Positions 1 through 7,697 of a stretch of DNA of 28,866 nucleotides are shown here, piece after piece (within the stretch, counting starts at the first letter, position 1; every line of letters starts with the position of its first letter). The stretch comes from Pseudobdellovibrionaceae bacterium (GTDB lineage Bacteria > Bdellovibrionota > Bdellovibrionia > Bdellovibrionales > Bdellovibrionaceae): NCBI GenBank assembly GCA_044359815.1, contig JBIKLL010000028.1, forward strand, positions 1 to 28,866, given 5' to 3'. The notes beneath the pieces were generated by a model. The model had not been told where the DNA came from and made no database searches. It was given only the letters and a program-made list of their open reading frames with translations. The translations under genes were made by a program, and so were the position numbers.

Positions 1-1141
1 TGTTGTAACGGAGGATGTAATCCATGCTGCTTAGAAAGTAATACAGCTTTTCTGAAATCAATAAATCAACATCTGTTGTTGATAAACTACGCTCACGTTC
101 GTCAACGATTTTGCCTCTGTTAAACTCAAATCTTTCCAAAAAAAACTTTCTTGCAAAACTGTCCATAGTGATTTGGGAACTAATGTTTTCCTTCTGCAAT
201 CGAAAATAAACATAGCGGAAAGGTTTGCCGTTTGGGCTGATCAATTCTGAAATGCCCGAAATTGATTTTTCACCAAATCCGTTGATCAGATTTTTAAAAC
301 TAAAATTCTTTGGATCAAATTCTGTGAAGTCATTCCACTTCATGGTTACACTATTGATACCATTGAAAGCATAAATTTCTAAATTGTCTTTGTTTTCAGG
401 TCGACTTGCGTAATCGCGAATGTCTTCGTTCATCCAACGAATCAAAGTTTCATAAACTTTTCGTTTAAAGGTTTCTGCAGAACTCAGTTCCTCATCGTGG
501 GTGTTTTTGGGTTTTTGAATGGATTCCAGATAGAGCTCGTTTCTCAAAACAGTTCTTTGAAACTCAGCTTTATAAAAATGATTGTTTTCACTGAAGTCAT
601 AATACTTTGCTTTCATTTGCTGGACGGCCATTCTGTAGGCATCTAAGGGATTCGGTTTTTGGGGGCTGGGCTTAACGTTGTACAAATAGTTGTTAATTAG
701 CGAAATCAGTTCCATCCTTCGTTGTCCTAATTTTTCTGTGGGAGACAGAACTTTGTGAATCTCATTGCTCAGGATTGGTTGTAATGTGCTGGTGACTTCG
801 TCTTGAAATTTTTCAAGCTTGTCATCGATCGTGGATTTAGGGTTTGGTAACCCAAAGTGATCTTTTACATATTTCCTGTCATTAAGCTCAAAATTATCAG
901 TGGCCTTTCGACCGTATTTGAAATAAAGCTCGTAATCCACAGGCAGGAAATTTGAATTAAAGTTTTTAAAATTTTCTTTGTTAAGCCAATCGTTGATTAG
1001 TTTGTCTTGCCCTGAATACTGAGGATCCTCTGAAAAGAATTTGTCCCAATCGATCATCAGGGTGTCTTTTTCGGTCGTTTGAGCTTGCGCCAAAGCGGTT
1101 AGCCCAAACAGCATTAAAATAGAGCAAAAAAAGGCATACAC
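1..1141 (-). CDS. Secreted hypothetical protein, 3' end runs off the window (>=380 aa)
   Basis: Not in the ORF track; translated by hand. GTG at 1141 with AGGAG 8 nt upstream gives MYAFFCSILMLFGLTALAQAQTTEKDTLMIDWDKFF..., a signal peptide ending A-Q-A. The frame stays open to position 2. Confidence 0.8.
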   Translation of the reverse strand, partial: MYAFFCSILMLFGLTALAQAQTTEKDTLMIDWDKFFSEDPQYSGQDKLINDWLNKENFKNFNSNFLPVDYELYFKYGRKATDNFELNDRKYVKDHFGLPNPKSTIDDKLEKFQDEVTSTLQPILSNEIHKVLSPTEKLGQRRMELISLINNYLYNVKPSPQKPNPLDAYRMAVQQMKAKYYDFSENNHFYKAEFQRTVLRNELYLESIQKPKNTHDEELSSAETFKRKVYETLIRWMNEDIRDYASRPENKDNLEIYAFNGINSVTMKWNDFTEFDPKNFSFKNLINGFGEKSISGISELISPNGKPFRYVYFRLQKENISSQITMDSFARKFFLERFEFNRGKIVDERERSLSTTDVDLLISEKLYYFLSSMDYILRYN

Positions 1142-1159
1142 CTATCAAACTCCTAATAG

Positions 1160-1203
1160 TTAAACAAGCTATGGCAGTTAAGGATATTCCATAGCTTGTT
1201 TAA
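1160..1203. promoter_or_regulatory. Perfect 15-bp inverted repeat in divergent intergenic region
   Basis: TTAAACAAGCTATGG (1160-1174) and CCATAGCTTGTTTAA (1189-1203), 14-nt spacer, immediately upstream of the minus-strand RBS. The sequence is certain; the function is not. Confidence 0.5.
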
Positions 1204-1320
1204 AATATTAAGACTGCCAATGATATGCCATTTTCAAAGCTAAAATTTGCTTTGTAGGAGTCAGAACTACTGATAACTATAACTGTGCTTTCCCTTAAAA
1301 ATTAAGACTCGCGGTGCCGG

Positions 1321-1349
1321 TTGACGGCCAGGGCGAGATTGCTTAAGAC
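1321..1349 (+). promoter_or_regulatory. Candidate sigma70-type promoter for the ABC-F gene
   Basis: TTGACG-17 nt-TAAGAC, ending 5 nt before ATG 1355. Confidence 0.4.
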
Positions 1350-1354
1350 ATCTT

Positions 1355-3268
1355 ATGAATTTGCTTCAGCTGAATCAGGGATACAAACAATTTGGATCCA
1401 AAATATTATTTGATCAAGCCCGCTTTGCCATCAACGAAGGCGAACACGTCGGAGTGATTGGTCCAAACGGGGCTGGTAAAACCACTTTGTTTAAAATTTT
1501 AGTGGGCCACGACAGTTTGGATGCTGGTGAAATCGTTAAATCGCAAAAACTAAAAATCGGGTATCTAGAGCAAGAATCCAAAGAGCCCTTGGATATTTCT
1601 GCCGAGGAATTTTTAGCGCAAACTTCGATGACTCCAATATGGGAATTAAAAAGCTTGGGCCATGACCTGGGATTGACGGATAAACATTTCGCCGTGCCCT
1701 TTCAGGAGCTCAGCGGTGGTTACAGAATGCGGATGAAGCTGTTGGCATTGATTGGGAAAGAACCCAACCTGATGCTGCTGGATGAGCCTACAAATTTTTT
1801 GGATTTGGAAAGCATATTGACCCTTGAAAAGTTTCTGCAGGGGTATCGTGGGGCCTTTATGTTGATTTCGCATGACCGCGAATTTTTGCGAAGGACCACT
1901 GATCACACCCTAGAGGTCGAAACTGGTGACATCACAAAATTTCCAGGAACCATTGATGATTATTTTGAACAAAAAGCTTTGCTGCGAAGTATTTTGTCAG
2001 CTCAAGCTGCAAATCAAGAATCAAAACGTAAAAGCATTCAGGATTTTGTCGACAGATTCGGGGCCAAGGCCACAAAGGCCAGACAGGCCCAAAGCAGGCT
2101 GAAGCAGCTGGAAAAAATGGAAAAAATTGAAATCAAAGATCTTGGGGTTAAGGCAAAAATCAAAATCCCACCGCCCATACACACGGGCAAAGAAACTTTG
2201 TCATTGCACGAAGCTGATTTGGGGTACGAACAAAAGGTCGTTGTTAAAAACTGTAATCTGCGGATCGAAAAAGGTTCCCACATAGGTGTGGTTGGATACA
2301 ACGGTGCAGGTAAATCCACTTTGTTAAAATCTTTGGCGGGACGAATTCCTTTTTTGGCAGGGGATAAAAAAATTGGCTACCAAGTCAGTCTTTCTTATTA
2401 TGCCCAACATGTGGCCGAAGAATTAAATCCAGACGATACAGTGCTGAGCAGTTTGCAGGGTGCTGCGCAGGTGGACGTTAAGGGTCAAGAAATTTTAAAT
2501 ATGGCAGGCTCATTGCTGTTTTCAGGCGATAGCGTTCATAAAAGAATCCGAGTGCTTTCAGGTGGTGAAAAATCCCGGGTGGCGTTGGGGCAGATTTTAT
2601 TAAAACGCAGTCCCTTGCTGTTGATGGATGAGCCCACCAACCATTTGGATTTTGATACGGTCGAGGCCCTGACAGAGGCTTTAAGGGATTACGAAGGCAC
2701 TGTTGTAGTTGTCAGTCATGATCGTAGTTTTATTGGAAGGATTGCCTCGAAGATTTTGGAAATTCGTGATGGCCGTGCCGAGATTTACCCGGGTACTTAT
2801 GATGACTATCTGTGGAGCTTAGAACGGGGGGCGTTGAGGGAACGCAGTGACTCTGCAGCAGACGATAAAGTCAAAAACCGTATTGCTGCTGGCGACAAAG
2901 GCAGTCTGAATCAACCTGGTGCTGATTTTCAGAAAGGCTCAGTTTCAATTGCTGGTATATCAATGGCAAACCAAGGCGAATCGCAAAAATTAAATTTTCG
3001 CGAGGAGTCCAAGCGACTGCAGAGCTTGATAAAGGATCTGACCAAAAGGGTTTCAAAGTCAGAAGGCAAATTAAAATCAGCTGGCGAATTAATTGAAAAA
3101 TTAAATCTTGAGGTTCAAACGGCCAAGGGGTTACGTGTCAGCGAGCTATCCAAGGAAATTCATTTTGCTCAAGATGATTTACAAAAATGCGAGCTGGAAT
3201 TGCTGCATGATATGGAAGCTCTTGAAAAAGCGGAGTTGGATTTAAAGAATCTGAAAAAGCAAAATTAA
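1355..3268 (+). CDS. ABC-F family ribosome-associated ATPase
   Basis: Two NBDs (GPNGAGKT/LSGG/LLDEPTN; GYNGAGKS/LSGGE/LMDEPTNHLD), helical linker (FVDRFGAKATKARQAQSR), C-terminal coiled coil, no TM segments. Confidence 0.95.
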   Translation: MNLLQLNQGYKQFGSKILFDQARFAINEGEHVGVIGPNGAGKTTLFKILVGHDSLDAGEIVKSQKLKIGYLEQESKEPLDISAEEFLAQTSMTPIWELKSLGHDLGLTDKHFAVPFQELSGGYRMRMKLLALIGKEPNLMLLDEPTNFLDLESILTLEKFLQGYRGAFMLISHDREFLRRTTDHTLEVETGDITKFPGTIDDYFEQKALLRSILSAQAANQESKRKSIQDFVDRFGAKATKARQAQSRLKQLEKMEKIEIKDLGVKAKIKIPPPIHTGKETLSLHEADLGYEQKVVVKNCNLRIEKGSHIGVVGYNGAGKSTLLKSLAGRIPFLAGDKKIGYQVSLSYYAQHVAEELNPDDTVLSSLQGAAQVDVKGQEILNMAGSLLFSGDSVHKRIRVLSGGEKSRVALGQILLKRSPLLLMDEPTNHLDFDTVEALTEALRDYEGTVVVVSHDRSFIGRIASKILEIRDGRAEIYPGTYDDYLWSLERGALRERSDSAADDKVKNRIAAGDKGSLNQPGADFQKGSVSIAGISMANQGESQKLNFREESKRLQSLIKDLTKRVSKSEGKLKSAGELIEKLNLEVQTAKGLRVSELSKEIHFAQDDLQKCELELLHDMEALEKAELDLKNLKKQN

Positions 3269-3542
3269 GTCTGTGAATTACAAAAAGGCAATCGAGATCG
3301 TAGATATATTTAAAGTCCCGAAAACAAGTTCAGATAACTGTTAAAGATCAGAACTGGTTTGGTAAAAACGCCTTCAAGAAGCCCTTTGAACAGATTACCT
3401 GTCAAAATAATCGACATCATGTAACGGCTGGCTCTCTAACAATATCCTAACAAATCAGCAATCATGCTGCCTCGACGAATCAACTGGATCATGGTACAAA
3501 CAGAGTTCAAAAGATTTATCCGTAAAGGTGTCATATTTAAAA

Positions 3543-4079
3543 ATGAAAACAATCAGATTCAAAAATATATTTTCTGCCCTGGTGGCTGTTTGTTTGATGT
3601 CCTTTTCGACGCAAGCTTTTGGAATCAATTTAAGTCTATACGAATACAAGCAGGTTGATTTTGCCAGCAGAATTTTAAGCGAAAAATTAGAAAAACAGGG
3701 CATTTTTTTAACCAGTCGAGTTGCGATATTTAGCCACGATAGTTTGACTGATATTTGGTATTATTTAAGTAATCCAATAATGTCGTCATTCTATAGTTAC
3801 AAACGTTCTAGCCATTTTGTTGTTTTTAAAGTTAGTTTTGGTCTTGGTTCCTCTTATGGTGCCGAAAGATATTGCAAGGGCTTACTGACAACATTGTATG
3901 CTTCGAGCTACTCCAGTAAAATTAATATGGTTGAGCAGTTTGAGGAACTACATCGTCAGTGGCAATTTCCTCTAGAGCGAACAACAATTCAGAAAGACAT
4001 GGTTATGTTTTTGCAAAATCAGATTGAATGCGACAACGGCGATTTTAAAATTTTGCTCGATCCCTCTTTGGCGGAATAA
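3543..4079 (+). CDS. Secreted hypothetical protein
   Basis: Signal peptide MKTIRFKNIFSALVAVCLMSFSTQAFG from ATG 3543 (ORF track opens at 3528). Confidence 0.7.
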   Translation: MKTIRFKNIFSALVAVCLMSFSTQAFGINLSLYEYKQVDFASRILSEKLEKQGIFLTSRVAIFSHDSLTDIWYYLSNPIMSSFYSYKRSSHFVVFKVSFGLGSSYGAERYCKGLLTTLYASSYSSKINMVEQFEELHRQWQFPLERTTIQKDMVMFLQNQIECDNGDFKILLDPSLAE

Positions 4080-4111
4080 GAATTTTATTTTTAGGAAATC
4101 TAGAGCTAGTC

Positions 4112-4990
4112 TCAAGATCCCATTTGATACCGGTACCGGTTGTGATTGGCGCACAGGACTCTGAGATTCGTAAGACTATTGTCTCCACCGGCGTACTTTG
4201 GATGGATATGATCGATTTGCAAAAAATATTTTGAGCCACATAATTTGCCAGTGAGTTTGTCTTTAAACTGACAGCATTGATCTCGATTCAAAACAGTTTT
4301 TTTAATTTTTGGTGTCAATGTTTTTAGATTGTGTCTTACTGCCACCGTGGCAGTGGAATTTTTTGTTTCCAATTTTTTAATGGTGCCTTTAGCCATTTCA
4401 AGGATAGCATTTTTCAGGGAAGTCCCGGTTTTGTTAGACAGAAATTTCTGGGCCTGACTCAAGATTTCGGCTTCGGCTTTGCTGAAAGTCAACTCGATCC
4501 GAACGGATTCGTCTTTCTGAGTTTTTTGTAGTTCTTCAGTTTGAATTTTTAAATTTAATTCCTGAGCTAAAATCAGATCTGTTTGTTGCGTTACCTGGTT
4601 TTCTAGTTTTTTTAAAACATCTAATTGCGTTGTTGTTGGTGGTGAATGACCTGTTTCCTTTTTGATCTGCCGACAGGCTTTTTGCATTTTAGAAATTTGG
4701 CTCAGATTGATATGGCCATTTTTTATTTGTTCAGACACTTCTGGGATTTGTTGAATCAATCTTGCTGCGTCGATTCTGCGTTGGGCGGCGCCGGCCGAGT
4801 AGCCGATTTCTTTGGTCAGATATTCAAAAAGCGAAGGGTAGGCCATTGCCAAAAAAATCTTTCGTTTGTCGATTTCTGAAATACAAATCAAAATTTCTTT
4901 TGTTAGCTGCCTTTCAGTTTCAGCCAATTGTTTTATCTTTTGATTTAGCCGAGCGTTGTTAAGGGTTTTTAGATGATTTGTATTTTCCAT
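4112..4990 (-). CDS. HNH endonuclease with helical N-terminal domain (DUF222-like architecture)
   Basis: C-terminal RDQCCQF...CGS...QIDHIHPKYAGGDNSLTNLRVLCANHN (Zn-binding HNH); N-terminal YPSLFEYLTKEIGYSAGAAQRRIDAARL; AGGAG RBS before ATG. Confidence 0.9.
   Translation of the reverse strand: MENTNHLKTLNNARLNQKIKQLAETERQLTKEILICISEIDKRKIFLAMAYPSLFEYLTKEIGYSAGAAQRRIDAARLIQQIPEVSEQIKNGHINLSQISKMQKACRQIKKETGHSPPTTTQLDVLKKLENQVTQQTDLILAQELNLKIQTEELQKTQKDESVRIELTFSKAEAEILSQAQKFLSNKTGTSLKNAILEMAKGTIKKLETKNSTATVAVRHNLKTLTPKIKKTVLNRDQCCQFKDKLTGKLCGSKYFLQIDHIHPKYAGGDNSLTNLRVLCANHNRYRYQMGS
4338..4354. repeat. 17-bp palindrome copy 1 (inside HNH CDS)
   Basis: ACTGCCACCGTGGCAGT; encodes TATVAV. Confidence 0.9.
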
Positions 4991-5296
4991 ATTATCTCCT
5001 GGCTAAGAATAAATCTTCCTTAAGTGTATATCATAAGATTTCTGGAGCGATTTTTTGGGTTTCTAGATAAATATTTTGAAGGTTGTGATGGTTCTTGGGA
5101 TCGTATTTGGGATCATTATTATTGGCTCTGACGGATTTTAATTTTCTCTTTGACCCCGGGGTTGTGTTTGTTTTTTTGTCTTTTGCAATCTCAAAAGAAG
5201 ACCCCGAGAATTGAGTCAAGATTTATTTTTGAAAAAGAATATTCAGCAAAACGTAAAGGGTCAGCTTAAAAAAGTATATTCGCTGTGGTTGTCAAA

Positions 5297-5321
5297 GTTC
5301 ACTGCCACAGTGGCAGTGAAC
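5297..5321. repeat. Palindrome copy 2, extended to 12-bp arms
   Basis: GTTCACTGCCAC-A-GTGGCAGTGAAC. Confidence 0.9.
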
Positions 5322-5366
5322 ACTGTTCATGGATGGAGAAGGATCTGGAGCATGCAAAAGTTTATC

Positions 5367-5389
5367 CCACTGCCACCGTGGCAGTGGAA
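5367..5389. repeat. Palindrome copy 3
   Basis: CCACTGCCAC-C-GTGGCAGTGG(AA); 5369-5389 is identical over 21 bp to 4338-4358. Confidence 0.9.
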
Positions 5390-5491
5390 CTGGAACTGGT
5401 AAATTCTTAGAAGATAACAAAGTAATTTGTTAAAGCTTCCTTGAAACACTGGGGCAGGTAAACATTAAGAAACACTTTGCGGGTTAAGAGC

Positions 5492-5644
5492 AATCTGAAA
5501 CTGGTTACAAACTGAAACTAGCTGCAAACTGAAGCGGGTTAAAATCTGAAACTGGTTACAAACTGAAACTAGCTACAAACTGAAGCGGGTTAAAATCTGA
5601 AACTGGTTACAATCTGAAGCAAGTTACAAACTGAAAAGTATTAG
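5492..5644. repeat. Tandem array of nine 17-bp units with a 51-bp (A-B-C) higher-order repeat
   Basis: aatctgaaactggttac / aaactgaaactagctgc / aaactgaagcgggttaa / aatctgaaactggttac / aaactgaaactagctac / aaactgaagcgggttaa / aatctgaaactggttac / aatctgaagcaagttac / aaactgaaaagtattag. Confidence 0.9.
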
Positions 5645-5744
5645 AAGAAAAACTTAGAACAAAAAACTGAAAATAAATTATCATCAGGCAGTCAGGTCCA
5701 ATAATTTTTAAGCAATATAGATTTAACCCTACAAAAAACAAATC

Positions 5745-7217
5745 CTAGCTTTGCAGTTTTTTTAGAACACCATCGATAGTTTCTTTCTTTCCACGGACTT
5801 TAAAGGTCGTGCCAAGCTCGTTGTAGGATTCATCAAGGACTCGCATTTTTTCGCGGATTTCACCGACCATGCCCTTGGCTAAATAAGGCACAAAGATTTC
5901 TTGATCAATCATGTCGCTTTCAAAATATCCCATGATCGTTTCACGCAACATTTTTAAATCGTCTTTATTCCTAGTAGATAAAAATATCGCTTCAGGAAAT
6001 TCAGATTTAAGCTCGGTAATCTGTTCAGTGCTCAGTCGATCACGTTTATTTAAAATCATCAGATTTGGGATTTCACCAGCTCCCTCTTCACTCAATACGG
6101 TTTTTGTGACCTGCAATTGGGATCTAAAAGACGGATCAGAGGCATCCACCACATACAATAGCAATGAGGCATGCAGGGCTTCATCCAATGTCGATCTGAA
6201 TGAGGCCACTAAATCATGGGGCAGTTTTTTGATAAAGCCTACAGTGTCGCTCAACAGAACCTTGGGTTTGGATTCGGGAAACAGCGGACGAACAGTTGTG
6301 TCCAGTGTGGCAAACAATTTATCCTGCACCAAAACATCACTTTGGGTCATGGCCCTCATCAGTGATGATTTGCCTGCGTTGGTGTACCCAACCAGGGCAA
6401 CGATGTTTTCCCTCTGCCTTTTGGCGCGCCTTAGTTCGTATTCAGTGCCGATGGATTCCAGTTCTTTTTTCAGCTCTTTAATGCGGTCCCGATTTTTACG
6501 TCGGTCTAATTCCAGACTGCTTTCGCCAGCACCTTTGCCACCTATGCCGCCGCCTTGACGGTCTTCACCACCACCGGTTTCGCGCAGCCTTGGGGCAACA
6601 TAAACTAATTTTGCGATTTCGACCTGCAGTCTGGCCGCTTTTGTTTTTGCGTGTCGACTAAAGATTTCGATGATCACGCCCGTGCGATCCAACACAGTGA
6701 CGCCTGTTGCGCTTTCCAGATTTCGCAATTGTGATGGGGACAGATCCGTATCGACAATTACAATCTGTGCAGAGGATTTGTTTTCATTGGCTATAGAGTC
6801 CTCTGCTTGCGAGGTATCGTCTGGTGAATCCGAAAGCTCAGTCCCTGATAGTTTTCTTGCTGAGTCAGATTCAGAGTCAGGCTCAGAATCATCTTCTAGG
6901 TCTTCATTAGACTCAGTTTCTGATTCGGCTTTCCATTTTTCCTGTGCCTTATTGAGCTTTCGTTCAACCATCGCGGCAATGACTCCGGAGCCTCCGGTCC
7001 ATTGAGCGAGCTCTTTCAATTTACCCGCGCCCAACACCGATGGGGAACGGTCAGAGTCCCTTTTTTGCGTGACGGCGCCGACCACATTATAGCCAAGAGT
7101 GTTTACTAATCGCTTAAGCTCCTGTAACGAGCCATCAAATTCTTGATCATCAATACCAGGAAGCTGGATTCCAACTAAAACTGCATTTTTAAAATTGTCG
7201 TTCATATAATAAGCCAC
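5745..7217 (-). CDS. hflX: GTPase HflX (start may be ATG 7205)
   Basis: LSPSQLRNLE, DRTGVIIEIFSRHA, GGKGAGES, G1 GYTNAGKS, G2 FATLD, G3 DTVG, G4 NKRD. Confidence 0.95.
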   Translation of the reverse strand: MAYYMNDNFKNAVLVGIQLPGIDDQEFDGSLQELKRLVNTLGYNVVGAVTQKRDSDRSPSVLGAGKLKELAQWTGGSGVIAAMVERKLNKAQEKWKAESETESNEDLEDDSEPDSESDSARKLSGTELSDSPDDTSQAEDSIANENKSSAQIVIVDTDLSPSQLRNLESATGVTVLDRTGVIIEIFSRHAKTKAARLQVEIAKLVYVAPRLRETGGGEDRQGGGIGGKGAGESSLELDRRKNRDRIKELKKELESIGTEYELRRAKRQRENIVALVGYTNAGKSSLMRAMTQSDVLVQDKLFATLDTTVRPLFPESKPKVLLSDTVGFIKKLPHDLVASFRSTLDEALHASLLLYVVDASDPSFRSQLQVTKTVLSEEGAGEIPNLMILNKRDRLSTEQITELKSEFPEAIFLSTRNKDDLKMLRETIMGYFESDMIDQEIFVPYLAKGMVGEIREKMRVLDESYNELGTTFKVRGKKETIDGVLKKLQS

Positions 7218-7343
7218 AAAATAGGCCTAAATTGACGATGCGGCAAGTTCATTGTGATATATGCTGAATCTGCTGTATTCTGATTGAGCGATATCTGTGT
7301 TTGAATGATAAGAATAATATTGTTCAGAAAGGAAAATCGACAC

Positions 7344-7697
7344 ATGGTGAATCAAATGGTCGTATCAATTTTGCTGCTAGTGGCTTCAAATGTCTTTATG
7401 ACAATTGCCTGGTATGGACATTTAAAAAATTTAGGATCAAAGCCTTTGGTGGCAGCTATTTTTGTTAGCTGGGGAATAGCTTTTTTTGAATACTGTTTAC
7501 AGGTACCGGCAAACCGAATCGGCTACCAAGTTATGACTTTGCCGCAACTTAAAATTGTTCAAGAGGTAGTGACTCTGACTGTGTTTGTGGGATTTGCCTA
7601 TTTCTATATGGGTCTTAAGCCCACAGTGAATTTTCTGTGGGCAGGACTGTGTATGCTAGGTGCGGTTTATTTTATCTTCAAGGATGGTGGCATTTGA
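7344..7697 (+). CDS. DMT-superfamily small membrane protein (DUF486/DMT_6)
   Basis: SNVFMTIAWYGHLK, SWGIAFFEYCLQVPANRIG, QLKIVQEVVTL; four TM helices; start at 7344 or 7356. Confidence 0.88.
   Translation: MVNQMVVSILLLVASNVFMTIAWYGHLKNLGSKPLVAAIFVSWGIAFFEYCLQVPANRIGYQVMTLPQLKIVQEVVTLTVFVGFAYFYMGLKPTVNFLWAGLCMLGAVYFIFKDGGI

Noticed and set aside
1131..1137. ATG at 1137 as start of the leftmost gene, with phase variation at the A7 run
   Set aside because: That ATG frame stops after 7 codons; GTG 1141 is in frame with a well-spaced RBS, so no frameshift is needed
4112..4990. IscB/Cas9-like or RAYT assignment for the HNH gene
   Set aside because: No PLMP, split RuvC or HUH/Y1 motifs; the HNH is C-terminal
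5031..5402. Short ORFs 5031-5219 (-) and 5211-5402 (+)
   Set aside because: No RBS and biased composition. The TATVAV in the + ORF arises only because the palindrome reads the same on both strands.
5297..5644. CRISPR array
   Set aside because: Only two upstream palindromes; the 17-bp array has no unique spacers; no cas genes in the window
5911..7005. 215-aa and 111-aa plus-strand ORFs
   Set aside because: Antisense shadows of hflX. Other short nested ORFs in the track were rejected for the same reason.
7637..7693. N-terminal extension of selO; Sec readthrough at its C-terminus
   Set aside because: The extension overlaps the DMT gene and TTG 7694 fits better; the gene ends CGT-TAA with no TGA
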